Assembly: GCF_009914755.1 (NCBI RefSeq)
Contig: NC_060938.1
Length of the DNA stretch: 64,000 nt
Origin: the human T2T-CHM13v2.0 reference genome, Homo sapiens
Reading direction: 5' to 3' (one strand)
The position numbers were made by a program, and so were the translations under genes. Below are positions 15,350 through 29,090 of this stretch, piece after piece; the first letter of the stretch is position 1; each line of letters opens with the position of its first letter. The notes below the pieces were generated by a model. That model was not told the DNA's origin. It saw nothing but the letters and a program-made list of their open reading frames with translations, and ran no database searches.

Positions 15350-16319
15350 ACCACCACTTTCTTCCAAGATGGAGTCATATTTGCCAGGTTTAACCTCCCA
15401 TCAGAAACAACTTTAAAACTGGACAGAATACACGCAGCAAAAGTTCTTAACACATTGGACATCAACAACAAGGACTGTGATCCCTGAGAGACAGGAAAAA
15501 AATGCGAGCGTCCTTAGATTGCCTCGGCTTATTGCCTGGAGAAAGGTTCTGGACAGCGGTGCCAGAAGGGCGAACCCAGGTGGAGACCCCTTGTCTCCTC
15601 TAGTTGAGGCGGCAGTTCTGGGAGTCCAAGGTGACCAAGAGGGCTATAGTTTTCAAGATGGAGTACCAGAAAGGAGAGCGCTGCATAGAGAACTCAAGCT
15701 CAGCAGAGGGTTCTCCTCTGTTACAGCTCGACATGTGCAAGTGAAGAAGCTACCTGAGGCTGGGAGAAGAACCACCCAAAAGCATTAGAAGGAATAGTCC
15801 TCAGACGGACCAGGAACCAACCAGAATATAAAAATGCATAATTCCCAGAGAATCGCATTTAAAAACTCACAAATATTTTGCCTTAGTAGCGAGGAAAAAA
15901 TAACCTTAGTCTAAGCACTGTTCTGGTCCTGCCTAACAAAGCTTGAAAGCAATGCCCAAAAGCATCAAACTGTTTCCAAGTAACTGAACTATATCCCAGA
16001 CTAAATCTCAAGAATAACTATAGCAATACAAAAATATCCAGCACCCAACAAGGTAAAATTTGCATTTAAAATCTAATCAAAACTTACCAGGAATGCAAAG
16101 CAACAGGCAAACACAAAACATAATGAGGATTAAAAAATCAATTTAAACTTAACCAAAAACATCACAGATGCTATAATTAGTAGATGAGGATAGTAAAGTA
16201 TTTATTATAGCTATTTCATATGTTCAAGAAGTTAGGGGAAGACTGACCTTTTTGAGTAGAGGCATGAAACATACAACAAAGACCCAAATCAAACTTCTAA
16301 AGACAAAACCTACAATATC
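15350..16319 (+). mobile_element. L1MC/L1MD-type 5' UTR region
   Basis: Homologous to 21010-22030 (atcaaactgtttccaagtaact; cacccaacaaggtaaa), leading into ORF1-like sequence. Confidence 0.65.
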
Positions 16320-17130
16320 TGTATTAGTCTTCTATTGGTGCTATAACAAATTATCACAAATGTAGTGGCTTAAAATACCACAAATATATTACCTTACAGT
16401 TCTAGGGGTAAGAAGCCCAAAATGGTTCTCACTGGGCCAAAATCCAGAAAGGGTGGCATTTTGCATTCCTGGGAAGTATTGATTAGATTGATTTTAAATG
16501 CAAATTGTACCTGTTGGGTGCTGGCTATTTTCGTATTCCCACAGTTATTCTCAAGCTTTGGTCTGGGATGTAGTTAAGTTACTTGGAAACAGTTTGATGC
16601 TTGTCTTCTCCATGTTGTGAGCCAGTGATGGCCAGTCAAGTCTTTCTCACAATGATATTTGTTTGGTCGTGTCCCCACCCAAATCTCATCTTGAATTGTA
16701 GCTCCCATAATGCCCACATGTCATGGAAGTTACCCGGTGGAAGGTAACTGAATCATGGGAGTGGGTTTTTCCCATGCTATTCCCTTGGTAGTGAATAAGC
16801 CTCATGAGATCTGATAGTTTTACAAACAGGAGTCCCCCTGCACAAGCTCTCTTGCCTGCCACCATGTAAGACATGCCTTTGTTCTTCCTTTGCCTTCCAC
16901 CATGATTGTGAGGCCTCCCCAGCCATGCGGAACTGTGAGTCCATTAAACTTCTTTCGTTTATAAATTACCTAGTCTTGGGTATATCTTTATTAGCGGCAC
17001 GAGAATGGACTAATACACACAGGTAGCATTCTGACAGCGATTTTTCTGCCTGTCTCTTCTACATTTAAAGGATCCACATGGTTACACTGGGTCCACCTAA
17101 ATAATCCACGATAATGTCTTTATAACACTC
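16320..17130 (-). mobile_element. MLT1C-like MaLR LTR containing a templated inverted insertion and a THE1 LTR
   Basis: tgtattagtcttctattggtgctataacaaattatcacaaa...; resumes at gccagtgatggccagtcaagtctttctcac and ttctacatttaaaggatcc. Confidence 0.75.
16653..17017 (+). mobile_element. THE1 (B/C-like) solo LTR
   Basis: TGATA...gtgtccccacccaaatctcatcttgaattgtagctccc...gactaataca, 365 bp, near-TSD cacaa/cacag. Confidence 0.9.
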
Positions 17131-17282
17131 CGCCCCTAAAACAGCAGCATACACACACTTTTCAAGTTCTTTCAGAACATTTACTAAAGTATACCATATT
17201 CTGAACCTTTAAAAAGGTCTCAATAAATTTTAAATTTACTTAAGTTTTAAAATAAATCAATAACAGAAATGTGGAACGTGGT

Positions 17283-17640
17283 TGTCACAGGTTAGGCCCC
17301 CAGAAGGCAGACTCAGACCACATTTAGCATACAGGAAGGCTATTTATTAGGGAAGGTTATTGGCATGAGGAAGATGATCGGGACTAACACGCATGGCAGA
17401 AGGGATAGAAGCAGCAGTAGGCAGCAAAGGCCCAGCCCTCCAAGAGGAAGCTTCAGAGCTAGGATGGCCTTTCTGACTCATCCTGAGTTGGAGTGAAGAG
17501 GTCGGTACTTCATACCCCTTGCCAAGTAGTCACTGATACAGGCTGTCCCCAGGAAGCAGGTGTGACTTTGGGCCAGGAGACAGCTTCTGGCCAGGCATAT
17601 TCCCTGAGGAAGAGGAGTCTGGCCAGTGCTGCGCGCACTT
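17283..17640. mobile_element. Old MaLR/ERVL LTR fragment
   Basis: tgtcacaggttaggcccccagaaggcagactc...tttattagggaagg resembles old MLT1/LTR starts. Confidence 0.4.
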
Positions 17641-18012
17641 TAGCTGAATGAAACAGGGACAGGAAAAGAAGGGAAGGAGCTACCTCAAAGTGGAAAGAAG
17701 TGTAGGGGTCACATACACCCGACCTTGCCTAGCAAAGCAGAGGCCACGTCATCTGCCAAAGCCATCAAAGCAGTTGGTGCCCAGGACTCCAGGAGAGAAC
17801 ATTGTTTGAAGACAAGGTTGAGAAGTTAAGCTACAGAGGAGATAATGTCCCTGTTTCCTTAGAAATGGAGAAGTCCTACTTGAACTATTTAACATTTGTT
17901 CAGAAATATTTTATCAGGTAGAAACTATACAAAAACTATACAAAGAAGATGGTCTCTTTTCATGTAGTCTTTGCATTTAAAAATAAGTTGGAAAGAAATA
18001 GCCTTATTAATG

Positions 18013-18310
18013 GGCCAGGCGTGGTGGCTCACGCCTGTAATCCCATCACTTTGGGAGGCCGAGGCAGGCAGATCACTTGAGGTCAGGAGTTTGAGACCAG
18101 CCTCACCAACATGGAGAAAACCCATCTCTACTAAAAATACAAAAATTAGCCGGGCGTGGTGGTACATGCCTGTAATCCCAGCTACTCAGGAGGCTGAGGA
18201 AGGAGAATTGCTTGAATCCAGCAGGCGGAGATTACAGTGAGTCGAGATTGCACCACTGCACTCCAGCCTGGAGGACAGAGCGAGACTCTGTCTAAAGAAA
18301 GAAAGAAAGA
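18013..18310 (+). mobile_element. AluSx-like
   Basis: Full dimer, (GAAA)n tail, TSD gccttattaatg. Confidence 0.94.
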
Positions 18311-18481
18311 GCCTTATTAATGAATATATAGGATTTTTTGCAAGGTTGTCTTAAGTTCATATAAACACTTTGTCTTGTAGATATAAAGAAGGTCATTGCC
18401 AAGGTTCTGAGAGCAAAACTTTTTCATGGGACCTATAAAAATTCTTGATCCTTAAAATATCTTTATGGGGAAGCCCTAGGC

Positions 18482-18788
18482 TTTATTTTATTTTATTTTA
18501 TTTTTTGAGACAGAGTCTCACTCGGTCGCCCAGCCTGGAGTACAATGGAGCAATCTTGGCTCACTCTACCCTCCGCCTCCCGGGTTCAAGTGATTCTCCT
18601 GCCTCAGCCTCCCAAGTAGCTGGGATTACAGGCACCTACCACCATGCCCAGCTAATTTTTGTATTTTTAGTGGAGACAGGGTTTCACCAGGTTGACCAGG
18701 CTGGTCTCGAACTTCTGACCTCAGGTGATCCACCTGCCTCGGCCTCCGAAAGTGCTGGGATTACAGGCGTGAGCCACCGCACCCGGCC
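18482..18788 (-). mobile_element. AluSx-like
   Basis: Full antisense dimer with (TTTTA)n tail; source of ORF 18445-18948. Confidence 0.94.
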
Positions 18789-19059
18789 GCCCTATCCTTT
18801 CTCAAACTGTCTACAGCTAAGCCCTATCTGTCCTGGCATGGGTCATCCAGCATGGCCATCCACAACACTGCCTGCTCGCTCAGGCTGGGCAGCTCAGCAG
18901 TGCTGTACCAGCAAGCCCACAGTTTGGCTAATTCAGAAGCCAGTTTGATCTGCCTTCCAAAGGGTGACTCTCCTCAGAGGAACCGATCCCTTCCTTGAGA
19001 ACACTCAGAGCAGGGTGGAGAGCAGTAAGAAAGGGAACTCCTCCACCAGGAGATTCCCA

Positions 19060-19240
19060 AAATTACATCAATTAATCCTCACAACAGCACTGCCACATAG
19101 GTGTTACAGCTCCAATTCTAGAGATGGAAACAAGCTCAGAGAGGATAAGTACCGTGCTCAAGGTCATAGCTGGTACATCGTGAGCCAAAGAGCAAATGCG
19201 CATCTGTCTGCTCCAAATCCATCCCCTTTCCACTGCTCAG
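19060..19240 (-). mobile_element. MIR
   Basis: ttaatcctcacaacagc...gagatggaaacaagctcagagagg...ctcaaggtcatagct. Confidence 0.7.
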
Positions 19241-19583
19241 AATTCCCTGGCTGGGGAGGCAGGAGGCTGAGCGCCTTGAGGGGCCTCTGCTCACCAATCA
19301 ACCCAAGCTGGTCACTTTACCTCTCTGCTTCCTCCTGTGTGCAACGACAGTTACACAGACTAGGAGCATCTGACAGGGCCGTGGAGGCAATGCAGCCCAC
19401 CTGAACCAGCCGGCTCAGGATGTTCAACAACATGAGCACCTTATCTAATGAGCTCTCCCACAGGGACGAGCAGGCTTAGATACTGCTGGAAAAAATTTGA
19501 GTAATTTTGGCACAAACATGGGAAAGGCCAATTCACTTGGCATAAAATGGGGCTGTGTGGTGGGGTAAAAAAGGTAAAGAAAA

Positions 19584-19957
<374 letters not shown>

Positions 19958-20699
19958 TCATCACTGATCAGGTAGTTTTTATATAGTGACAACCTGCAAG
20001 TCAGACTCACATCCTGGTGTGTTCAAAATTGTGAATTTTCAACTAATACCTTTAAAGTTTTCAATCTTTAAGTACTAGTCAAAAGAAGCTGAAGCAGGAT
20101 GTAAAGAATTGAATTCACTTAAATGCATCCAGATCAGTCTGTGGACACTTGGTGAATTTTTTTGAGGTTTTGTTTTCCGTTTTTTTGTTGTTGTTGTTTG
20201 TTTTAATCATAAGGCATGGGACAACCTGACTCCAGGGGCTGAGGAGACTGTACTAATATGTGTATCAAGAAAATTAGAAACTGGATTTCTGATTTCTTCA
20301 AGTGACCACATCAAAATAAACATGCATTAAGCAGAGACAACTAGGTACTGTTCAACTTGAATTTGATGAATTGCCCCGGGCTCAACAGAATTGTAGGATT
20401 TCAAAAACTGATACCCGAAGAGATTCCTGGATGTTGGTGAGTATGTATCAGTCTTTAAATATCTGTAGATGCTTTTACAGTGGAAACCTCAGGATGTTTT
20501 TAGATTCTCAAGCATCAGCCCATCAATGTGGCTCAACTTCAAAAGGAACAGCTGATTGCACTAAAGCAAGCTGTATGTACTAAGATGGCATGGTACCCTA
20601 AGAATGCAGAGACAGTGATGCGAACTCTGGGACCTCCTGGGATGATGGCTGACTGTAATAACAGTATGTGGAATTTACCTGCCAGCATCATTATCCCTG

Positions 20700-21010
20700 A
20701 TTTTTGTCATCCCGATCTTTCTTTCCCCACTTTCATCCACTTGTCTCAGGTGAAGCTGATGCCATTCCTGACAACAGTAATTGGTTAGGGGATAGATATG
20801 TAACCAAACCCAGCAAATAAGAGGTAATTAGGCTCCTGCTGAGGTCACTGCTTATGAGGCACAAGAGGGCCACTCTCTCTTCTGCTAAACTTAAACTGGA
20901 GGGCCTTAAACATGAGGCTGTGGATATCACCCCAACAAGCCTGAGAATGTGGAGCCCAGAGATGTCCTAGTGACATCATTTGAACACCCTGGGTCTATCC
21001 ATTAGTGTAA
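20700..21010 (+). mobile_element. Old MLT1 (J/K-like) LTR, 3' end resuming at about 22245-22330
   Basis: tcctagtgacatcatttgaacaccctgg, and later aataaatcccctttttggattaag. Confidence 0.5.
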
Positions 21011-22030
21011 CCTGAGAGTTGCAGCCACAGAGGCAAAGAAAACCTTGAGACAGACGCAAAATCCAATAGATGATTTAAATATCCTAAAAGAGCCAAAGAC
21101 AGGCAAACAAAAATAAGAAACAATGGTTTTTAGATGATGGACATCTGGAAGCATAGGACAGTGATCCCCCAGAGAGGAGAAACAAAGTGAACCCTGTGAT
21201 TTCCCCCGCTCTCTTCCTGGAGAGGTTTTTCAGGCTGCAGCACAGGCAAGGCTAGCCCAGAGTCTCCCTGAATGGAAGGGACAGAGTGGGGCATCCAGGG
21301 AGGTCAAGGAAGCTAGAATTCACAGGGCAGAGTACCAGAGAGAAGAAGAGAGGGACCCCAGAAGAGAGCTCCAGAGATGTGTAGAAGTTCCCCCTTGAGT
21401 ATTCAGCTCATCAGTGCCTGTGTGTGAGGAAACTACCAAAGGCCAAAGAAAGAACCCCACAAAAGGATGAAAGAGAAGCAAACAACCCTCTGTGCTCTTG
21501 TGGGGCCAGGAATAGTGTCTGCTCCCACCAGCCAGAGTGGAAAGCTTCTCAACTCATGGGGTATTCGGCAGAGGACTCAAAAGAGTTTTGCCTCAGTAAT
21601 GGGAAAAATTAGACCTAAACTAAATACTATTCTATTCCCACCTAACAATCTTGAAAGCAAGACACAAAAAGATCAAACTGTTTCCAAGTAACTTAACCAT
21701 GTCCCAGAAAGCTCAAGAATAAAGGAATATAAAAATATCTTATCACCCAACAAGGTAAACGTCACAATGTCTGGAACCAAATTAAAACTTACCAAATAAG
21801 AAACAGGGCAATCAAACCCATAATAAAAGGAAAAATTCTCAATAGAAACAGATCCAGAAATGTCACAGATGTTAGGATTACTTGTCAATAAGGACTTTAA
21901 GTATTATAAATAGATTCCATTTATTCAAGGCAGAAAAATGTGAGCATTTAAAAATAGAAATGTAGAACATATAAGACCCAAGTTGAACTCCCAGAAATTG
22001 AAAAATTATCTAAGATGAAAAATTTGCTAA
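21010..22030 (+). mobile_element. L1MC/L1MD-type 5' UTR region
   Basis: Colinear homology to 15400-16320. Confidence 0.65.
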
Positions 22031-22145
22031 GTATGTTAGTAGAATGTTTATAAATTGAACTTTGCCTATGAAGAACTGAGTTTTTTCAGTTTAGTTTTAA
22101 TGAATCAAAAATTAACTTTTTAAACAAAAATAGCTCCTAAATATA

Positions 22146-22243
22146 TTTTGTCACTAAAAACTGTAAGTTTTTAGTGACAAAACTATACCTGACCTACAGC
22201 TCAGGTCACTACCGTTTTAGTGACAAAAACTGACCTACAGCTC
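22146..22243. repeat. Perfect 17-bp-arm hairpin plus local direct repeats
   Basis: ttttgtcactaaaaact (22146-22162) gta agtttttagtgacaaaa (22166-22182); ttttagtgacaaaa again at 22215-22228; ctgacctacagctc at 22189-22202 and 22230-22243. Confidence 0.95.
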
Positions 22244-22800
22244 TTTCAATTACCCGTCAATAAATCCCCTTTTTGGATTAAGAAAGTTTGAAAGGATTTT
22301 CATTTGCAAAACAACAAGTCATGAGATAATTGCCAAACCCTGGACAATAATCAGTCTAACTGGTTCTGAGAAAACACATCCTCTTTCACAGAACTGCTAT
22401 CTGATGCCAAAGCACATTAGTGACATAGACACAGATTCAGAATTGAGATGTACCCACAGAATAAAAACCACAGTTCAAGAACTCCCAGAAGTCTCTTTGA
22501 TTTTTATTATATTTGACCAATTACGTACACTAGGCCTATAACTATGAACCTTCCTCAGGTAAAAATTAAGTTGGTTTTGGACTACCTTTTGTATCACGCT
22601 GTGAAAATGTGTTTTGAATATTAATTCTGTTAATTTTTAAAATTATACAGTTCATATTGTGTAATTCATACACAAATGAATTTCTAATCATGTATCCCCT
22701 ACTTTACCTTGGATTAGATAATCCTCAAATGCCCCACTATCATTAATATTCTAAGATTGCAAACAAACTTACAGAAAGCTGATTTATAAACTTGTAATTT

Positions 22801-23127
<327 letters not shown>

Positions 23128-23219
23128 TGATCAATCACATGGGTCACCTCTTGTAAGAGGCAGAAGGAAATTACAAAGAAGAGGAAGTTAACAGTTTGCG
23201 CTTCTGTCATCCCTCAGGG

Positions 23220-23410
23220 GCTTTGTTAGGTGCTCTGTATGTTAGCTCATTTAATCCTAATAAAAATCCCAGGAAAATGTATAACACTATGGCTGCTTTA
23301 CAGATGAGGAAACGCAAGTCCAGAATTCAGCCACTGCCCAAGGTCCTTCAGTTAGTGAGTGGTGGAATCTGAACTGGTGAGATCCAAATCTAGAACCTCT
23401 TCCATTTGAA
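23220..23410 (-). mobile_element. MIR
   Basis: tcatttaatcct...tttacagatgaggaaac...gcccaaggtc. Confidence 0.75.
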
Positions 23411-24087
23411 ACGAGGAGTTTGAGGGCAGAAAACTGAGTGACTTAGAAATACTCCCACCAAATTATTTCAGCCTGATGACTTGTCAAGGTATATGTCTGC
23501 TTAATACCCAAGATTAATTAGCAGACACTGGTACTTAAAGCAAATGTTTGATGGAAGAACAGGTGATAAATGAGGACAGATTCTAGTCACAAACCCTCAT
23601 TTGTTGACTACTTCAAAAATCCAGTGTGGCCATATGGCCTCATTCATTCATTCATTCAAGTAAACAAATATTCATTAAATGCCTCTTATGTGCAAGATAC
23701 TCTAGGGATGCTAGAATTACAAAGAAGAAAAGACAGGTTTATAACTTGCCTCATTTCCCAAAAGACTGGAGCCCATATCATAGCTGCTTCTGACTGATAT
23801 ATAAAAAGAGGTGCCATTTTCATAACTGAAGTTTCTAAATCATAATGTAAGGTTGTAGGATGTAAGAAAACCCCTCAGCAGTAATCTAATTATTAGGAGC
23901 AGTTAGACCTAGGACAGGTAACCCTTAGTGCACAAATGGTCCTCAGCCCTATCTGCTTCTCCAGAGAGCTATCTTGCCAAACCCTGAGGGAATGAATAGA
24001 GCTGTCCTTGAAAGAGAAAGATGCCATTTCCAGCATCTTTTCTAGATATTGGTGCTTTTTCAGCATCAGTTCAAAACATACCTTCAC

Positions 24088-24412
24088 AGCTGGGCGCAGT
24101 GGCTCACACCTGTAATCCCAGCACTTTGGGAGGCTGAGATGGGCAGATCACCTGAGGTCAGGAGTTCGAGACCAGCCTGGCCAACATGGCAAAACCCCGT
24201 CTCCATTAAAACAAAACAAAAAAACACAAAAATTAGCTGGGCATGGTGGCACATGCCTGTAGTCCCAGCTACTCAGGAGGCTGAGGCAGGAGAATCACTC
24301 AAACCTGGGAGTCGGAGGTTGCAGTGAGCCGAGATCGTGCCACTAAACTCCAGCCTAGGCAACAGAGCGAGACTCCGCCTCAAAAACAAACAAACAACAA
24401 CAACAAAAAAAA
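24088..24412 (+). mobile_element. AluSx-like
   Basis: Full dimer, (AAAC/AAC)n tail, TSD accttca. Confidence 0.93.
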
Positions 24413-24419
24413 CCTTCAT

Positions 24420-24775
24420 TAAATAAATTACAACACATCTGTACCATGGAACCCTGTGCAGCTGCCAAAAGCAGTGAGGAAACTCTTTCTTAGTGTTATG
24501 GGATGTATAACTCTAAGACTACAAATGTATTGTTCAATTTAAAAAGTGAAAAGGTGCAGAACACTGGATATGGTGTGGTACCATATGTGTAAAAAAGAAA
24601 AAGAGTATATATACTTAATATATGTATAGAGTATCTCAGGAAGGATACCCAATACACTGATAAATTATTTTCCTGGAAAGGGAATAGGTGCCTGGGATGC
24701 ACAGATGGGAGGCAGGCCTGGAGGCTATTCATTGTATACTTTTATATATTTTACATTTAGGACCATGTGTATAAA
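24420..24775 (+). mobile_element. L1ME-type 3' end
   Basis: ccatggaaccctgtgcagctgcc...aaaggtgcagaacactgga...ttcattgtatactttt. Confidence 0.55.
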
Positions 24776-25159
24776 AAAAACCCTCCCATTATTAAGAAGA
24801 CAATTTTAGCTCACTAAATCTTGCTGCGAATCTGCTCGAATCTCTTAAGTTCCCATCTTACTTTATCTCTCTGTAGTATTTAACATTGTTGCCTACTCCC
24901 TTCTTGAAATTCTTTTTGGGCATCCTTTGCTTAAAGTACCAAGGTAGAGTCATTTGATTTGCAGTCTGTTCCTGTCATTCCTGAGGTCCAGACATTCTGG
25001 ATAAGAATCAAGGTAAGAAAAAGTGCAACTGGATGTGTCATACAACACGCTGTAGAGAAGCACCTTGTTTTCTACATCTTGCCATCAGTGAAAACCTAAG
25101 AATGGATATTCGTTACTAGAAGAGTAATTACTAGTGTCAATATTTAAAAATATTCGTTC

Positions 25160-25385
25160 ACAGCTGAGCACCTGGAGTCAGATTGCCTGAATGCAGTCCC
25201 AGCCTCATCTCTTATTAGCTGTGTACCACTGAGCAGGGTACTTAATCTCTGTAAACGCCAATCCCCTCATCTCTAGAAAAGGGGACATAATTGTCCAACC
25301 TCAAAAGGTTGTTATGCATATAAGATGACCTAATCCATAAAAGTGCTAGAGACAAGATTTGAAGCTCAATGCACGTTAGCTCTTA
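25160..25385 (+). mobile_element. MIR
   Basis: ctggagtcagattgcctgaatgcagtcccagc...cttattagctgtg...cttaatctctgt. Confidence 0.75.
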
Positions 25386-27935
25386 CTATGCCTGCATGTA
25401 AGTTCCATGAGGGCAGGGCTCCGTGATGCACCCAGAGCTGCTAACTGTTCCCAGCAGAGGACTTACTGCCCCAGGTGCTGTGGGTCCGCTTGGAGTGGTT
25501 CTTACCGACAAGAATCCAGGCAACAGACTCTTGACAGTGCAACCATGAGAGTCTATGTGGTTATATCAGAAATGTGCCTAGACCTTTCTAATGCCTCAGA
25601 GGCTCTGGTGCCATTGTTGCTCAAGAAGCCCGCTACGGTCATGACGCAAGCTCTAGAGTGTAGGTGTGAGATTCTGCAGATAGCAAAGCAAGATTCCATG
25701 TCCCATTCTGCACCTTTCCTAGGCTGCTAAAAGTTGGGGTCAAAGGTGCAGCCCCCGTGAGTGAGCAATCACATTTCTCCCTCAGGAAGGCAAGTCTCTC
25801 TCACTAGACTTTGTGCAGGCAGTGGTTCAAATATCTCCTCTCTGAGTGCCGCAAAATGTTCCCAGTTGTCCTCAAGCTGTAGTAACAGGAAGAGAGGAAA
25901 TAAGTCAACCAGTTTTCTCGATCCTAGGTGTCATGTGTGATTTGTTTTGCCTCCCGCCTGGCACAGCGTCTGACATGATCACCCCCATGTGGTCTGCATG
26001 GGAGATGCGTGCCAGCTGTCACCTTTCTCCTGGCTGCCCTCATGGCCAAGTGTGCCAGTGTCCACCCCCGTGCATCTGCCTTGGCACAGACTCTGAAGCC
26101 TGACATGACATCAAGAGGCTGCTCCAGGTCTCAACAAACACCAAGACTCAGCCTTACAAGTCCTGGCACCCAGGCTCCCAGAATTCAGAGAAATGTTTGG
26201 TGGCCAACAACCCTGATGCTGATAGCAGAGTGGATGTCACCTCAGAGACAATCCTGGGGCTCCAGAATGCTTCATGCTCAGGTTTCTAATGAGCTGCTTG
26301 TGTTTAGAGGAAAAGCAATCCAAAGGTGAGGGTGAAGGAGAGCACTCTGAATCTGAAGCTGATAAAAATAAAAATATTTTTCAAAAAGTAAAAATAAACT
26401 CCCGCCTCAAAGGGGCCTTTGTTCTTTGTCCTCTTCGGGGAATCGCCCTTCTCACCTAATGTTTTATTTTCCTCCTCTACTTGCTTACACACTCGACCTT
26501 TCATATCAATAGGAAACTCCATAATCTGATAGATTTACTCCAGATAGATCCAGAAAATTGATGTCGAGGGAGAAGCAACATTGAAGTAGTTTTTCCCAAC
26601 TCCTTTCAAATATTCCAGTTTAATTTGCCTTCTCACCAGGGTGCCCCTGTGCACACTGACTGGGGAGCTGTAGCCTCATATCATTTGACCCCTGGTCCAA
26701 GTCCCCATCTCTGCCTGTAGGAACTATGTCTTGTTTTTTAAAATTATGAGGACATTATTTCATTTTGAAAAAGAGAAAGAAGGGATGGTAGTAAGTGAAT
26801 AGAGAGCGTCGGGGCTGACGTCAAACCAGGTTTGGGAGCCATTGCCTTAGTATTCTCTGAGATAGAAGCTTCTGAAACTTAGAAAAGCTTGGGAATGGAT
26901 CTCCCAGACCAACTGCTCAAACTACCCCTATCACCCTTCCACCAACCAGGCCTCCACCCAGGCCAGCAGTCCTTCAGGGTCAGGGTTATATTTGATGCAT
27001 GAGACAGTTGCAGCCATCATAGGACAGCCAGGCCAGACGATAAGAAAGCTCAGGAAATTCCACCTCATTTGCAAGTCCAACTTCAGACACTGTTCTTCTT
27101 GTCATCATTGTAATGGTAGCAATTTGGTTTGAAGGAAATGAGCATCATCGGCGAGCAGGTGGTTCTAGGACTGCTGGTGTGTGTGTTGCGGCAGAAGTCT
27201 TCCTGCAGAGGAAGCCTCACCAATTCTTCAAAAGTCTTTGTTTCCATGGAGCTACTGAGGGTCCTGACAGTGTTTATGAGCTCCACTTACTGAAAAGCAT
27301 CTCCTGTGTAGCATAGCATGGTACATGTGTGAACAGAATCCCTGGATGACTTCATGCAATACATAGGCCTTGTGTATGAGGTCCCACTAGCATCCTCCCG
27401 GATGAAATGTGTGCACGATCCCATCAGGCAACAGACACTAGGAATGCTTAATCAGCACAGGAAAACTGATGCATCAGATTGCATCCTTTTGCCTTCTTTG
27501 GATTAAATCCAAACCTTCCTTTTGCCTGGCTGGTGTTTTTTCTGGTGCCCCATATACCTACAGAAGTGGCCCATGGTCACTGGGTATGCAGAGGCCACAG
27601 CAGGGCTCGAGATTTCACGTCCTTTAAGTTTCAGTAGAGATTTCAGCTGAGTACAAAGGAAAATAGAAAATCAAAACATCCTGAAAAAGTTCTGCCTACT
27701 CTTAACTACAGGGTACATGGTTCTGTAAGTTATATCAGCTACATATGCATACACACACAAAATAAATAACAAAGATCTTTCATGGAATTCCTCCTCAACA
27801 AACTTGCACCTCATGTAAGAGTTGCTAAAGCAATGAAAGCTGAACACAGACCACCTAAAAAGCCTTGAAAATGTTAGTATGATCAGTAACCAGCGAAAGT
27901 GGAAATTACTCAAGGAACTGAATATGTGTATATAA

Positions 27936-28082
27936 TGTGTGTGTGTGTGTGTGTGTGTGTGTATACACACATTTAAAATGTATATGCACAAATGATGTAT
28001 ATATGTGTGTATATATATCTGAATATTTATACTAGGTAGGTAGGTAGATTAGATAAATTAGACAGATGATTACAGAGATAGA
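27936..28082 (+). repeat. (TG)13 followed by degenerate TA, GGTA and GATA repeats
   Basis: Seen directly. Confidence 0.9.
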
Positions 28083-28939
28083 ACCAGAGAACAATAATTT
28101 CAAAGCAGCGCTGGGCAGAGATGGAAATAATGGTTGCAGCAATCATTTGTTGAGCATCTCCCACACACCAGGAACTGGCCAAGCACTTTACACATGTGTC
28201 CAGGGGTTGCAGCTGGACAGTGGGGAGGATTTCAGCATGCTGACTGTGGCGTTGAAGCACCACCCTGCAAGAGTTCCATGTGCACAACACAGCCACTGCC
28301 TCCTTGCCTGTACCCAGCGCCTCCTCGGATTCCCCTGAGCCACATGAGAGAGAACAGAATCCCTGTCTACAGTCTGTTCAGACGCGGGTAATGAACAAGA
28401 GTGGGAGCCATGGAGATGCTTGAGGAGGAAAATCACCATTAAGTGAGGAAGAGATTTAGGAAAATCAGGCTTCTGGGGAACCTCTGGGGATCCTGGAAAG
28501 GAAGGGTTCTGGGGTAAAAACAGACTGTGTCACTAAAGCCCAAGCCGCTCTGCGGGAAGTACCCTGTTGGAAGGACGCAAGGTGGTTAAAATGGAAGCCA
28601 TGCTGCCACTGTGGGTTCTGCCCACCTCCAAACCAGAACTGGTCATAATGGGGAAAAATTTCCTTCTGGACGGAGAGAGGAGTTCAGTGAAAAGATGGCC
28701 AGCAGGCTGGAAGGAAGACACCAAAACCACATCAAAAGAATGAGAGTCACAGGAAGCAGCCTGGACAAAGTGGAGGGGAAGCTCAGGCCTCACTGGGGAC
28801 TTCAGAATAGCCACAAGAACAGGGAAGACTGAGGGCCCCATCTCTGCCCTCAGGGGACATTAGAGGCATTAAGCAGCGGACCACATTGTACACTGAGCTG
28901 CTGAAGCCTGAACATTCCAGCTCCATACTCCGCTCCCTC

Positions 28940-29090
28940 TGCCTCCACAACCACCCCACAAGGTAGGCACTCACACACCCATTTTGCCAGCAAGGAGAAC
29001 CGAGGCGTGGAGAGGTTTTTCCACCGCCACCGGTCTAGAAAGGAAGTGGTAATCCTGGGGTTGGAAGCCAAGACTGTGACTCCAGGGACT
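28940..29090 (-). mobile_element. MIR
   Basis: cctccacaaccaccccacaaggtagg...cccattttgccagcaaggagaaccgaggc...tgtgactccag. Confidence 0.6.

Noticed and set aside
18445-18948. Long ORFs 18445-18948, 29760-30272, 50843-51313, 51783-52454 and similar
   Set aside because: They read through antisense Alus and give typical Alu-derived peptides ([23 protein letters not shown]).
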